NCBI GenBank assembly: GCA_965248755.1 | Contig: OZ252149.1 | Location: 2,656,001-2,720,000, forward strand | Length of the DNA stretch: 64,000 bases | Direction of reading: 5' to 3' | From: Candidatus Latescibacterota bacterium | GTDB taxonomy: Bacteria > Latescibacterota > CBDEFO01 | In this document: piece after piece, positions 40,608 through 51,715 of the stretch | Position numbering within the stretch: the first letter of the stretch is position 1 | Layout: every line of letters starts with the position of its first letter | Notes under the pieces: model-generated | Databases searched by the model: none | What the model was told of the DNA's origin: nothing | Seen by the model: the letters and a program-made list of their open reading frames with translations, nothing else | Program-made: the position numbers and the translations under genes

Positions 40608-41877
40608 GGTCGGGACGTTTGGTCCACCTACGAGGGCTTTGGCGATAAGGAACGATGCTTCCTCCACAGCGAAAGCGAGAGTGGACAGTGTAGTTCTTTC
40701 TGACGTCATATCAGGGAGTGTAGATCAATTCAGCTTCAGTCCGAGCACGTCCTCGATAGATTCAATCGGGGATCGTCCTCACTTTATCTCCAGTGGCGAC
40801 AGTTTGGTGCTGGCAATAACGTTTAATCCTTCGAGTCCTACAGATCCGTTCGGTGTTCCTGAGGAATTCAAGGCTGTGCTTACTGTGTTTAACACAGATA
40901 CGGATAAGCCGGTCCCTTCAGTAAGTATGCAGGGAAAAGGTCTTCCGCCTTCTCCCTTCCCGGTCGGGGATGTCAGCGGAAATGGAACTGTGTCTGCGTT
41001 CGACGGGTCTATCATTCTCCGATTTATAGTGGGACTGACGAACCCGGCAGAGTGGCCCAACCTTGCTGACACCTCTATAGTTGACGCCGCCGGGGACGGA
41101 ACGATTGGTACTCTGGACGTTGTTTCTGTACTCCAGTTCGTCGTGGGGGTTCTAAGTTCGCTTCCGAATCAGCCTGTGTTACCCTCAGCGAAGGATATTG
41201 TTGGGACTCCCGAAGTTAGAACGGTGGCTATATCGGAAAAGTACCAATGGGATGATGGTATCCTGACGGTTCCCATTGTTATTGATGAGATGGCAGGTGT
41301 CCTTGGTGGGACTATGAGCTTGAAGTACGATGAGTCGAAGTTCAGATTCAAAGACGCGGAGGCGTTCGGTCATCTGTCCGACTTCATGCTGGAGAGCAGA
41401 TCTGAGGATGGCAAGGTCTTGATCGCCTTTGCGGGGACTGAGGGCGTTTTCGATGGAGGGGATATAATTAAGCTGAAGTTCGAACCGATAGCGGAAAATG
41501 ATGCAGATATATCGAGTCCTATGTCGGTTATCAAGGTGAATCTGAACGAAGGGCAAATAGCTGCACAGGGCGAAACGATTAAGATTCGGAGCATCCCCTC
41601 TGCGTACATTTTGTATCAGAACTTCCCAAATCCGTTCAACCCCCAGACAACAATCAGGTATGAGATCCCCAGGTCGGGCAATGTTAGGCTGCAGGTTTAC
41701 GATATACTCGGTCAGCCTGTCAGGACGCTTGTGGAGGTGCGGCAAAAGGCGGGAGATTACACTGTGGTTTGGGACGGTAAGAACAACGATGGAGAACGTT
41801 CCGCCAGCGGGGTCTATTTCTACCAGATAATCTCCGAAAACTTTTCTGATGTTAAGAAGATGTTGTTCATTAAGTGA
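40579..41877 (+). CDS. C part of the same protein: Ig domain, dockerin-like, cohesin-like, FlgD/T9SS-type C-terminal domain
   Basis: GDVSGNGTVSAFD..DAAGDGTIGTLD; VPIVID..LKYD; LYQNFPNPFNPQTTIRY..WDGKN..ASGVYFY..KKML. Confidence 0.8.
   Translation: MDSLDFGEHKVGTFGPPTRALAIRNDASSTAKARVDSVVLSDVISGSVDQFSFSPSTSSIDSIGDRPHFISSGDSLVLAITFNPSSPTDPFGVPEEFKAVLTVFNTDTDKPVPSVSMQGKGLPPSPFPVGDVSGNGTVSAFDGSIILRFIVGLTNPAEWPNLADTSIVDAAGDGTIGTLDVVSVLQFVVGVLSSLPNQPVLPSAKDIVGTPEVRTVAISEKYQWDDGILTVPIVIDEMAGVLGGTMSLKYDESKFRFKDAEAFGHLSDFMLESRSEDGKVLIAFAGTEGVFDGGDIIKLKFEPIAENDADISSPMSVIKVNLNEGQIAAQGETIKIRSIPSAYILYQNFPNPFNPQTTIRYEIPRSGNVRLQVYDILGQPVRTLVEVRQKAGDYTVVWDGKNNDGERSASGVYFYQIISENFSDVKKMLFIK
40749..40774. repeat. 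Palindromic repeat inside the CDS
   Basis: GTCCTCGATAGATTCAATCGGGGATC encodes SSIDSIGD. Confidence 0.7.
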
Positions 41878-41952
41878 TAAGGCGTAGGTTCATTGTCTCT
41901 ACAAACTCTCTAAGATAGGAAAAGTACATTCACAACGGTCTCTACATTTACC

Positions 41953-44565
41953 TTAAGCCACCAACGCCTCTTGATCGTCCTTCTTTTTACCTAATACGAT
42001 CTCTCCGTCAACGGCGCCTACAAGCACGGTGTCTCCCTCTTCAAACTGCCGCTCTAACAGAGCCATCGAAAGAGGATTTTCAATCGATCTTTGGATCACG
42101 CGCTTCAGAGGCCTGGCGCCGTAGACAGGATCGTACCCCCTTTCCGCCAGAAGATCCATAGTCTCATCAGCAACGTCCAAACCTATCCTGGCCCCATCCT
42201 TGAGACGTCGCGCTAAGATGTCAAGCTGGAGCTTCACAATCTCCCTTATATCCTCTTTGCTCAAAGAGTGAAAGATCATGATCTCATCCAAGCGGTTCAA
42301 GAACTCCGGCCTTAACGTGGAGCGCACAAGCTCCATCATCTCCTGATTCATCAACCCTTCGTGTTCGCCCTTAAACCTCTGAATTATATCCCCTCCTATA
42401 TTCGATGTCATAATAACAACGGTGTTCTTGAAGTCCACAGTCCTGCCCTGACCATCAGTCAGTCTCCCATCGTCCAGGACCTGGAGCAGGACGTTAAAGA
42501 CATCTTGGTGCGCCTTTTCTATCTCATCCAACAATATGAGCTGATATGGACGCCTGCGCACAGCTTCGGTCAACTGTCCGCCCTCTTCGTAGCCGACGTA
42601 CCCCGGAGGCGCACCGATCATCCTGGACACAGAGTGCTTCTCCATATATTCGGACATGTCAATCCTGACCATAGCCCCCTCATCGTCGAAGAGGAACTCG
42701 GCTAAAGCCCTTGCAAGCTCCGTCTTGCCCACTCCTGTAGGTCCCAAAAACAGGAACGAACCTATCGGCCTCTTCTGGTCTCCCAATCCGACTCTGTTCC
42801 TGCGAACAGCGTTGGACACTGCCTCGACGGATTCGTGCTGCCCGATGACCCTTTTCTGGAGTCTGCCCTCCATATGAGTCATCTTTTCGACCTCGCCCTC
42901 CAGGAGCCTGGAGAGGGGAATCCCCGTCCACTTGGCGACGACCTCGGCAACATCCTCATCGCTTACCTCCTCCCTTATTAAGGACTTATCTTCCTGAATC
43001 TTTAGAAGCTTGTTATTTTCCGCCCCTAATTGTTCTCCAAGCTCGATCTGTTCTCCGTATTTTAACCTTGCCGCCCGTTCGTAGTCGCCTCCCCTTTCCG
43101 ATTCAGCCTCCTGGATCTTGGCCTGTTCTATGCGCTCCTTGATCTGGCGTATCCTGGCCACAACCTCCTTTTCCTGCTCCCACTGGCTCTTCAGAACACT
43201 TCTCGCCTCGTTCAGATCGGCCAATTCCTTCTCGATAGGCTTCAACCTCTCCGCAGCATCCTTTTCCCTCTTTACGGCCTCGCGCTCGATCTCAAGCTGT
43301 CTCAACCTCTTTTCAATGACGTCCAACTCCTCGGGCATGCTGTCTATCTCGATCCTCAGTTCAGCCGCCGCCTCGTCGATCAGATCTATCGCCTTATCTG
43401 GCAGGAAACGATCCGTGATATACCTCTCCGAGAGGAGGGCCGCGGCCACCAGCGCCGAGTCCTGAACCCTCACACCGTGATGGATCTCGTACCTCTCCTT
43501 AAGACCCCTTAAGATAGATACCGTATCCTCAACCGAAGGCTCGCTCACCAGTACGGGCTGAAATCTCCTCTCCAGTGCGGCGTCCTTCTCCACGTTCTCG
43601 CGATATTCATCCAGCGTAGTCGCCCCGATGCACCTTAACTCCCCCCTTGCAAGGGCCGGCTTGAGCATGTTGGAGGCATCCATCGATCCCTCTGCTGCTC
43701 CCGCACCCACTATGGTGTGCAGCTCATCTATAAACAGGATGATGCTCCCACCGGCCTTCTCAACTTCCTTTAGAACGGCCTTTAACCTATCCTCAAATTC
43801 GCCCCTGAACTTTGAACCAGCGATCATAGATCCGAAGTCCAAGGCCACGACCTTCCTGTCCTTCAATGACTCAGGCACGTCCCCTGAAACGATCTTCTGA
43901 GCAAGACCCTCAGCTATAGCCGTCTTACCCACGCCGGGCTCTCCTATCAGTACAGGATTATTCTTTTTCCTCCTGCTTAGTACCTTAATCACGCGTCTTA
44001 TCTCATCCTCACGCCCTATAACGGGATCGAGTTCCCCCTGTCTTGCCAGCACAGTTAAGTCCCGGCTGTATCTTTCTAGCGCCTGGTACTTCGACTCAGG
44101 ATCGGGATCTGTCACCCTTTGACCTCCCCTTATCTTGGTCAACACATCGAATATCTTGTCTTTACTTACACCCAGCGACCTCAATATCCTTCCGCCCGGC
44201 CCATCGTAGCCCTCGTCAGCGATAGCGATTAAAAGATGCTCTGTGGATATGAACTCATCCTTTATCCTGTCCGCTTCTTTCTCCGCAGCTCTCAATACTC
44301 TATTTAAGCTCTGACTCAGATAGGCCTGTCCCGCCCCGCCGTACATCCTCGGCAGGCGGTCCAGCTCGTCCACAACCTGTGACTTTACGACTTCCGGGTC
44401 TATATTCAACTTGCTCAATATCTGCGGCGCAACACCGTCCGACTGATCCAACAGGGCATATAATAAATGTTCAGCCTCAATCTGACTTTGATTTCGATCC
44501 TCCGCATCCCTCTCTGCGGCAACGACAGCCTCCCGAGCTTTTTCTGTGAATTTATCGATGTTCAT
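41953..44565 (-). CDS. clpB: ATP-dependent chaperone ClpB
   Basis: Two AAA modules ([16 protein letters not shown]), long middle coiled coil, GARPLKR. Confidence 0.97.
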   Translation of the reverse strand: MNIDKFTEKAREAVVAAERDAEDRNQSQIEAEHLLYALLDQSDGVAPQILSKLNIDPEVVKSQVVDELDRLPRMYGGAGQAYLSQSLNRVLRAAEKEADRIKDEFISTEHLLIAIADEGYDGPGGRILRSLGVSKDKIFDVLTKIRGGQRVTDPDPESKYQALERYSRDLTVLARQGELDPVIGREDEIRRVIKVLSRRKKNNPVLIGEPGVGKTAIAEGLAQKIVSGDVPESLKDRKVVALDFGSMIAGSKFRGEFEDRLKAVLKEVEKAGGSIILFIDELHTIVGAGAAEGSMDASNMLKPALARGELRCIGATTLDEYRENVEKDAALERRFQPVLVSEPSVEDTVSILRGLKERYEIHHGVRVQDSALVAAALLSERYITDRFLPDKAIDLIDEAAAELRIEIDSMPEELDVIEKRLRQLEIEREAVKREKDAAERLKPIEKELADLNEARSVLKSQWEQEKEVVARIRQIKERIEQAKIQEAESERGGDYERAARLKYGEQIELGEQLGAENNKLLKIQEDKSLIREEVSDEDVAEVVAKWTGIPLSRLLEGEVEKMTHMEGRLQKRVIGQHESVEAVSNAVRRNRVGLGDQKRPIGSFLFLGPTGVGKTELARALAEFLFDDEGAMVRIDMSEYMEKHSVSRMIGAPPGYVGYEEGGQLTEAVRRRPYQLILLDEIEKAHQDVFNVLLQVLDDGRLTDGQGRTVDFKNTVVIMTSNIGGDIIQRFKGEHEGLMNQEMMELVRSTLRPEFLNRLDEIMIFHSLSKEDIREIVKLQLDILARRLKDGARIGLDVADETMDLLAERGYDPVYGARPLKRVIQRSIENPLSMALLERQFEEGDTVLVGAVDGEIVLGKKKDDQEALVA

Positions 44566-45274
44566 ACATGATACCTTCCTTTTCGGGATATTCGTCAATC
44601 AATACGCCTGTTTTTCTTTCAGGTTCGTGCATATTAATAGATTTTAAAGCGATTTTGGCATAGAATAAAGTTTTGGTATCAAGTCGATATCTCTAATTGA
44701 GCCTGGCTTTACCCTTTTATTTAGGAAGTCTTCAAAAATCTGTGCTGTAGCCCAAACAAGTTGTTGTTGTTCGTCTTGACCAAAAGGTGGGATTTTATTT
44801 CCGTGGATAAAATCACTTCGCAACTTATAATTATTGTAAACTGTCCAAAAAAATCTCTTCTTATCACTTTTAACTACCTTGGCACAAAAAAGAGCAAGTC
44901 GAATTCGAATTTTTGAAGCCCCTAAACCAGCAAGAGCCTCTAAAGCAGATATACAGTCAAGTAGAGAATCTAACGGCTCGCTACGCCGTGGAGCACTCCA
45001 CCACCTTTGAAAAGCAACTTGTATACGCTTTCCTGTCGGGTGAAAAGCCTTACTTATCCAGTCTTCTATCCGAGCTTTCCGATTTTTGGTTAGTGTATAC
45101 CTGGGTCGGCTTTGGATAAGGTTTTGTGAAGTTGATTCTACGGTTTATACTTCGCTCTAGTCTGTATTCCCACCGTCCTAAAATAAGATCCAACATTTGT
45201 GATACAGTCTCTAATTTATTTGCATTACATACCGCTCCCCTTGACAGAGCGACAAATATTTCGCAAATTGGGGT

Positions 45275-45604
45275 TTGAGAAGGGAGGTCAAGGTGTCGAG
45301 CCCCGAAGTGAAAGATGGTAAGCGCTGGACGGCGACCCGTAAGGGAGAGATTGTGTTGGCTCTTTTGAGAGGAGCAGATCTATCTGAGGTGTGTCGTAAG
45401 AATGGAATTAGCCAGTCGCAGGCGTATGCTTGGCGTGATAGTTTCTTAGAAGGGGGCCAGGAGAGTCTGAAGTCTCGGCGTGGTCGCAAGGATCCGAAGG
45501 AGCGAGAGGTTAGCCGGTTGGAGCGCAAGGTAGGGCAGTTGACGCTCCAGTTGGAGATACTCGAAGAGGTAGCCCGTCTAAAAAAAACGAAGCGGTTGCC
45601 TTGA
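45275..45604 (+). CDS. IS3 transposase OrfA
   Basis: HTH, same as 52249-52578; likely start GTG 45293. Confidence 0.85.
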   Translation: MRREVKVSSPEVKDGKRWTATRKGEIVLALLRGADLSEVCRKNGISQSQAYAWRDSFLEGGQESLKSRRGRKDPKEREVSRLERKVGQLTLQLEILEEVARLKKTKRLP

Positions 45605-45704
45605 GTGGGCGGTTTTTGGGTCGAGGCTATTCCCGCAAGGTGGTAGCTTTGGCTTTGGGTTTGCATCGTTCGACTCTGTATAGGTTTAGGGATAGAGGTG
45701 TCAG

Positions 45705-45890
45705 CCCGGATTTACCCGGCCAGGAGTAGGACAAAAATGCCTGCATCACCTCTGACGATACCCCCTTAACCCTTCCACCTAACTCCTGATTGTATTTCTC
45801 AATAAAGTAATCGACAAGGAAAAAGGGAAGGTCCTCGATATGCTCGCGTAGCGGCGGCAGGACGATAGGAACGACGTTAAGGCATAAGAA
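45705..45890 (-). pseudogene. Captured 186-bp fragment of a sigma54-dependent (NtrC-family) activator gene
   Basis: Minus strand reads LNVVPIVLPPLREHIEDLP..FIEKYN..VS.EVM..LSYSWPG. Confidence 0.8.
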
Positions 45891-47516
45891 CCGACATTCC
45901 CCATATCACATTCATGAGGGATTATATTTCGATACATTCTTGTTTCTGAATTAATATTACCACTTTTACATTTTTCAACAAGTACTTTTTTCAATTAAAA
46001 TAGTATTTTCCTCTGAATTATCACTTTCTTTGTGTTTAAATCCTCCAATTAGAGACACCTCTCCATCGACTCACAAAAAAATGTGGCAGTTTAAACAGAA
46101 TAACATCGCAATCGTTCAATCCGGGATAATATTTCGGCAAATAACCTCTTGTCTATCCCAACCTCAGCCATTTGAAACGTAATATATCCGCTGTGTCTGA
46201 CAATCTTCGCTCCGATTTTGATAAATTTCACGAGGAGGCTGCGTAGTGACCAGTGTTTGATTTTCTTCGGAAGAACAAAACGTCGCAGGAAGTTGCCCAA
46301 GTTGTAAGCCAGAACAAACAGCCAGAGCCTCACCTGATTGGAGACGAAACGCTTGCATGAGAGTCGGGTCCAGTTCAGAGCATACTTGCCCTCCTTAATC
46401 CACTGCTCAGCTCTGCCACGGCCATTGTAGAAGTGTACCACGCCTTCTGGCTTGGCGCTCATGTTGGTCACGATAAATCCCACTCTTGGGAATAACTCCC
46501 CTTGGTGCCATTCAACCTTGGCGACCACTCGCCTCGATTGATCCCAACTGGCCGCTTTATATTGAAATTCATATAACGATACAATCGGTTTCCTCGGCGG
46601 TCGTCCAACTGGCCGAGTCAGCAGGTATCGTATCTTTTCATAGAGTATCTCATTTGCGGGAAGCCGAATGGCATACAAATAGCCGTTTCCCTCCAGATAA
46701 TCATAAATCTCAGGCTTTGCGAATGCAGCATCGCCTCGAAAGTATTTCCTATTCTTCTTGCTCTCGTATCTCTTGACGATCGGTTCCAGAACTTCCTTCC
46801 AACGATCAGCACTGTGAACATTACCAGAGCGAAGTAGGACTCCTTCACAATCCCCGAACTGATTGAAGCAGAACACTGGATGAAAACAGGTACATCCGAA
46901 ATGACCGTTGTAAGCTGATCCTTCCTGCTGGCCATGTACCGGACTCTCCGAACTGTCCATGTCCAGAATGATTCGTTGATGCTGTGTTTTACTCATCGCT
47001 TTTTGAACCCACTTGCCATTGATATCTGACAAGTTTCTGAGATTGTCATGCTGAGTCAGTATATCAGTTTCAAAACGTCCTATCGTGTTGGAGCTGGCAG
47101 CTTGCCTGCCTTTGTCCTTCTTTCCGGTAATCGCTCGCATGACGGGATCAACGGATAATCGCTCGGCGTCATTTACATCTTCATATCCTGCAAGACGGCT
47201 GTATATCGATTGACGCAGGAGAGTAGATATATCATGTTGGATATTACGGCCTGTGCGTTTATCGGTAAAAACCGCTGATACCGAATCAAATAATCCCAGT
47301 GCGTAATCAAGGTCACGATACGCAAGAAGTCCACCGTTTGATGTCACCTTTGCACCATGAAATTCAAGCTTTATTCCTCCATCAAAACCTACTTTCATTC
47401 TTTCACCCTCTGGATGATCAATATTTATCCGCCATTTATGAGTCTTATTTATTGTAATATAACATGTTCTGGCGACTTTGACAACCATTTTTCGGGTCTA
47501 ATATGGCGAATGGGGG
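45891..47516 (-). mobile_element. IS1380-family copy 2 (1626 bp)
   Basis: IRL CCCCCATTCGCCATAT / IRR CCGACATTCCCCATAT. Confidence 0.93.
46091..47488 (-). CDS. IS1380-family transposase
   Basis: GGLL, AGYEDVNDAERL..DP, DMDS, RGDAAF motifs. Confidence 0.93.
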   Translation of the reverse strand: MVVKVARTCYITINKTHKWRINIDHPEGERMKVGFDGGIKLEFHGAKVTSNGGLLAYRDLDYALGLFDSVSAVFTDKRTGRNIQHDISTLLRQSIYSRLAGYEDVNDAERLSVDPVMRAITGKKDKGRQAASSNTIGRFETDILTQHDNLRNLSDINGKWVQKAMSKTQHQRIILDMDSSESPVHGQQEGSAYNGHFGCTCFHPVFCFNQFGDCEGVLLRSGNVHSADRWKEVLEPIVKRYESKKNRKYFRGDAAFAKPEIYDYLEGNGYLYAIRLPANEILYEKIRYLLTRPVGRPPRKPIVSLYEFQYKAASWDQSRRVVAKVEWHQGELFPRVGFIVTNMSAKPEGVVHFYNGRGRAEQWIKEGKYALNWTRLSCKRFVSNQVRLWLFVLAYNLGNFLRRFVLPKKIKHWSLRSLLVKFIKIGAKIVRHSGYITFQMAEVGIDKRLFAEILSRIERLRCYSV

Positions 47517-47521
47517 GTCAG

Positions 47522-48281
47522 TTCTTCTGTTAAAGAGCCTGTGATAGATGAGGAGCTTGCTTTTCGTATTCGAGGGATACTGGACCAAGAAGAGGCATTT
47601 GGTCACAGGCGGGTTTGGGCGCATCTTCGTTTCAAGGAAGGGGAATGTGTCAACGTTAAGAAGGTTCATAGGATAATGAAGCTTAAGGGGTGGCAGTGTA
47701 AGCTGTGGAATCGTCCCGGGAGAAAGGGGCCACAGGTTGCCCAGAAGCGTTCTGTGGTGGATAGTCCCGACAGTTTGTGGTCGAGTGACTTGACAAAGAT
47801 TTACTGTGGAAAAGATGGTTGGTGTCCTCTTATTGCGGTGGTGGACAACGGAAGCCGGGAGGTTCCTGGGTATCGTTTTAGTCGAAAAGGGAGGGCACTG
47901 GAGGCCACAGATGCCCTGGATCGGGCCGTGATCTCTCGATACACTTCCAAGGAGGCTGTCCCCCAGGGTCTCACTTTGCGCTCTGACAATGGTTCCATCT
48001 TTTTGGCTCGGGCCTATTTGGCCAGTACCGAATATTGGGGAATTCGTCAGGAATACATACCAAGTGGTAAACCCGATTGGAACGGTGTTGTAGAGCGTTT
48101 TTTCAGGACCCTCAAGCAAGAGTGTGTTTGGCTTCACAAGTTTGAATCCTTTGAACAGGCTGAGAAGATCATATCTCAGTGGATCGATAATTACAACAAG
48201 AACAGGCTTCATTCATCCCTGGGATATAAGACCCCAAAAGAGTGGAGAAAACAATTTTATCTACTACCCCAGGTTGCTTAA
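47522..48281 (+). pseudogene. IS3 OrfB (integrase core) separated from OrfA
   Basis: WSSDLT, SDNGS, ERFFRTLKQE, YNKNRLHSSLGY. Confidence 0.85.
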
Positions 48282-48606
48282 TTGGTGTCGCTTTCCTGGG
48301 AAGCAGTACAATTATCCCATCCTTAGCAAACTATATTAGTGTATTTACGTCGTTCTGTTTTACCAAACAACTCAAGACTCATACCAGTATCTTCCCAAGA
48401 GGCAGGAAACATATTGCCTTCTGACTCAAACTCCTTTAATTTCGACATAGGAAACGATTCCAAAGTAATACCTTGGGTAAGGTCTTGCGGCCTTGAAGGA
48501 GGCTTTAAATACCAAACCGGATAAATAATCTGATTAGACATATTGGTTGAAAGCATCTTTATGGACAACTTGGGCCAGGACACTATGCCCTGGCCCTGTT
48601 GTCATT

Positions 48607-50520
48607 CTATTCCACAACCTCAAAGTCCGCATCCACAGCGCCACCGTCGTCCTTCTTCTTGCCGGCGGGCTCTTGCCGTTGTTCCTCTTGTCCGTCGCCT
48701 TCGGGCTGGCTCTGATCAGCTGCGGTCTCCTTGTACATCTCGCCTGCCACCTGATGCCAGACCTGATTCAGCGCCTCACTGGCGGAGTTGATCTCGTTTA
48801 CGTCAGATCCCTTGAGAGCCTCCTTAACCCGACCGATAGCGGCTTCGAGCTTCGACTTCGAGTCGGGACTGATCTTGTCCTGCATCTCCTTTAGGCTCTT
48901 TTCCGTCTGATAGACCTGTTGATCGGCCTGATTTCTGGCGTCTATTTCCTCCCTGTGCCTTTTGTCCTCAGACTCGTGCCCTTTGGCATCTGTGACCATC
49001 CTTTCGACCTCAGCCTCCGAAAGCCCTGAGGACGCCTCTATCCTTATGCTCTGCTCCCTTTCCGTGGCTTTATCCTTGGCAGACACATTCAGAATACCGT
49101 TCGCATCTATGTCAAAGGTAACCTCGATCTGAGGCATGCCCCTTGGGGCGGGAGGCATGCCGTCCAGATGAAATCTGCCCAGCGTCCTGTTATCGACCGA
49201 CATCTCGCGCTCACCTTGGAGCACGTGTATCTCCACCGATGTCTGGTTGTCATCTGCTGTGCTGAATATTTGGCTCTTCTTTGTGGGTATCGTCGTATTG
49301 CGCTCGATTAGCTTTGTAGTAACGCGCCCTAACGTCTCAATGCCAAGTGAAAGAGGAATCACATCCAAAAGCAGAACGTCCGTAACGTCTCCAGTGAGCA
49401 CGCCGCCCTGAATGGCAGCCCCTAAGGCTACCACCTCATCAGGATTGACGCCCTTGTGGGGTTCCTTTGCGAAAAGCTCCTTTACAACTTGCTGTACCCT
49501 CGGCATTCTGGTCTGTCCGCCCACTAATATGACCTCATCTATATCGGAGGGCGAAATTTCGGCATCTTCGAGCGCCTGTTGGCAGGGACCCATCGTCCTT
49601 TCTACAAGATCGTCCACCAACTGTTCTAATTTAGCCCTCGTCAAACTTATGGTTAGGTGCTTAGGGCCAGTCTGGTCAGCTGTTATGAACGGCAGATTAA
49701 TGTCTGTCTGCGTTGAGCTGGAGAGCTCACATTTTGCCTTCTCCGCCGCCTCTTTGAGCCTCTGAAGCGCCATGGGGTCTTTTCTGAGGTCGATTCCCTC
49801 CTGCTTCTTAAACTCGTCAGCCAACCAGTTCATGATCTTTTCGTCAAAGTCGTCCCCACCCAGGTGTGTATCTCCGTTCGTAGCTTTGACCTCAAATACG
49901 CCGTCGCCTAATTCCAGTATAGAAATATCGAACGTCCCACCCCCAAGGTCATAGACAGCTATCTTCTCATCCTTTTTCTTATCCAGACCGTAAGCTAAAG
50001 AAGCCGCTGTCGGCTCGTTGATAATCCTTAAGACTTCCAGCCCGGCGACCTTTCCGGAGTCCGTGGTCGCCTGCCTTTGACTGTCGTTGAAATACGCTGG
50101 AACCGTGATTACTGCCTGAGTCACCTTCTCTCCGAGATAGTCCTCAGCCGTCTGCTTCATCTTCTGGAGCACCATAGCCGAAATCTCAGGAGGCGTGTAC
50201 TCTCCGCCTTCAACTTCCACAACCGCTAAATCGTTAGTCCCGCTTTCGACTTTGTAGGGGACCTCCTCTATCTCTGTACCCACTTCGTTATATCTGCGCC
50301 CCATAAAACGCTTTATGGAGTAGATAGTGTTCTTGGGGTTTGTGATAGACTGTCTTTTTGCTACCTGTCCGACAAGGCGTTCTCCCTCCTTTGTGAACGC
50401 CACCACAGAGGGCGTTGTCCTTCCGCCCTCAGAGTTGGGTATCACAACCGGATCTCCGCCCTCCATCACGGCCACACACGAATTGGTCGTCCCTAAATCG
50501 ATTCCTATTACCTTTCCCAT
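48607..50520 (-). CDS. dnaK: Chaperone DnaK
   Basis: [34 protein letters not shown]. Confidence 0.98.
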   Translation of the reverse strand: MGKVIGIDLGTTNSCVAVMEGGDPVVIPNSEGGRTTPSVVAFTKEGERLVGQVAKRQSITNPKNTIYSIKRFMGRRYNEVGTEIEEVPYKVESGTNDLAVVEVEGGEYTPPEISAMVLQKMKQTAEDYLGEKVTQAVITVPAYFNDSQRQATTDSGKVAGLEVLRIINEPTAASLAYGLDKKKDEKIAVYDLGGGTFDISILELGDGVFEVKATNGDTHLGGDDFDEKIMNWLADEFKKQEGIDLRKDPMALQRLKEAAEKAKCELSSSTQTDINLPFITADQTGPKHLTISLTRAKLEQLVDDLVERTMGPCQQALEDAEISPSDIDEVILVGGQTRMPRVQQVVKELFAKEPHKGVNPDEVVALGAAIQGGVLTGDVTDVLLLDVIPLSLGIETLGRVTTKLIERNTTIPTKKSQIFSTADDNQTSVEIHVLQGEREMSVDNRTLGRFHLDGMPPAPRGMPQIEVTFDIDANGILNVSAKDKATEREQSIRIEASSGLSEAEVERMVTDAKGHESEDKRHREEIDARNQADQQVYQTEKSLKEMQDKISPDSKSKLEAAIGRVKEALKGSDVNEINSASEALNQVWHQVAGEMYKETAADQSQPEGDGQEEQRQEPAGKKKDDGGAVDADFEVVE

Positions 50521-50543
50521 TTTGCTATCCTCCTTTTAAACTG

Positions 50544-50816
50544 CTAAGCTGCGTTCTTAGACAAAGATTCATCCTTTGGGGACGATTTGGATTCTGAATT
50601 TTCCTTATCCGCCTTTTCCGCTTTCCTATAACTTTGGCTGCGATAATCAGTGCAGTAAAAACCTGACCCTTTGAACAAAAATCCCGCGCCTGCACCGATT
50701 AAGCGCTTCACCTTTTTGTCGCAAACCGGACATTCCTTAATAGGTTCTTCTGTAATACTCTGAAACCTTTCAAATCTCTTGCCACAGCTTTGACATTCAT
50801 ACTCGTAAGTCGGCAT
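50544..50816 (-). CDS. FmdB-family zinc ribbon protein
   Basis: MPTYEYECQSCG..CPVC..FKGSGFY.TDY; AGGAGG RBS. Confidence 0.9.
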   Translation of the reverse strand: MPTYEYECQSCGKRFERFQSITEEPIKECPVCDKKVKRLIGAGAGFLFKGSGFYCTDYRSQSYRKAEKADKENSESKSSPKDESLSKNAA

Positions 50817-50897
50817 ATTTTGAACCTCCTTTAAGAATTCAGATTTGAGAATACACACGTATAGTACGTATACATAATACTATAATACACGATACAC

Positions 50898-50912
50898 GCA
50901 TAAAACGTGCCA
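50898..50912 (-). promoter_or_regulatory. Sigma54 (-24/-12) promoter of the fmdB-dnaK operon
   Basis: TGGCAC-GTTTT-ATGC. Confidence 0.6.
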
Positions 50913-51244
50913 TTAGATTACAAATACCATTTACTTGCTTTATATCATTTATTTTAAGCATCTTATGTAACAGTGTAAGAAAAAGTTCTGACGTCCCCCT
51001 GCAACTTTCTATCTGCCTATACGACAGAGCCACTGTCATGATGACATATACATTACGTCAGACTATGGCATTTATGTCAAGTCTGAGGGAAGTGGTAGAC
51101 AGGAGAGACTCGACGCTTGCCCTTAAGATGGAGAAGGGTATTCATTATATATGAACTATAGGAATATTAGTTCATCAGTGAGGAAAAGATTTGACTCTGC
51201 AGAATCCCCATTTATATTTATGCATATCAAAAGGAGGATCCACC

Positions 51245-51715
51245 ATGGGATTTGTGAACATAAACACACAGAGGAAGATATTAGATTCAATTCAGTCAGT
51301 CTTGAAGCAGAAACGATGGTCATGGGGTCAATTAGCAAGTGAAGTCGGGATCGCTAAATCGTATATCAGTCAGATCAAGACAGAGACAAATCGTTTGAAC
51401 GTAGAAGTCCTTGAGAAGATAGCAAACGCACTGGAGATTCCTATGGTGTATCTCCTGCCGAAAGCTCCCCTGACCTCTGAAAACCGGAAGCTCATCCTTT
51501 CTCTTTTACAGCTTCCAGACGACATCAGTGATGAGAAACTTCTGAAGATAGCTGAGATAACCAGATTTCTCTCCACCAGGTCACTTCAGCAATTAGATGC
51601 GCTCCTTGCATTTCTCTCTCCATCGCCACACTCAGAAGGCATTTCTGCAGAGGCTGCCGGTTATGCGAAGGTTGCTGAACAACCTGGAAAATACAACAAG
51701 TCCCAGGACTCATAG
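51245..51715 (+). CDS. XRE-family HTH regulator
   Basis: GGAGG RBS; WSWGQLASEVGIAKSYISQI..LEKIANALEI. Confidence 0.8.
   Translation: MGFVNINTQRKILDSIQSVLKQKRWSWGQLASEVGIAKSYISQIKTETNRLNVEVLEKIANALEIPMVYLLPKAPLTSENRKLILSLLQLPDDISDEKLLKIAEITRFLSTRSLQQLDALLAFLSPSPHSEGISAEAAGYAKVAEQPGKYNKSQDS

Larger units (their letters stand above)
45228..48310 (+). mobile_element. IS3-family copy A, interrupted by an IS1380 transposition unit; 4-bp TSD ATTA
   Basis: Arms 45228-45704 + 47522-48310 = 1266 bp, same as the intact copy; ATTA at 45224-45227 and 48311-48314. Confidence 0.92.
44644..48583 (-). pseudogene. HEPN (ApeA-like) nuclease gene split by the IS3 composite
   Basis: C part 44644-45227 reads ..LDSLLDCISALEAL..YKLRSDFIHG (RxxxxH at 44803-44820); N part 48311-48583; joined by the ATTA TSD; also a stop and a frameshift. 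Confidence 0.7.
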
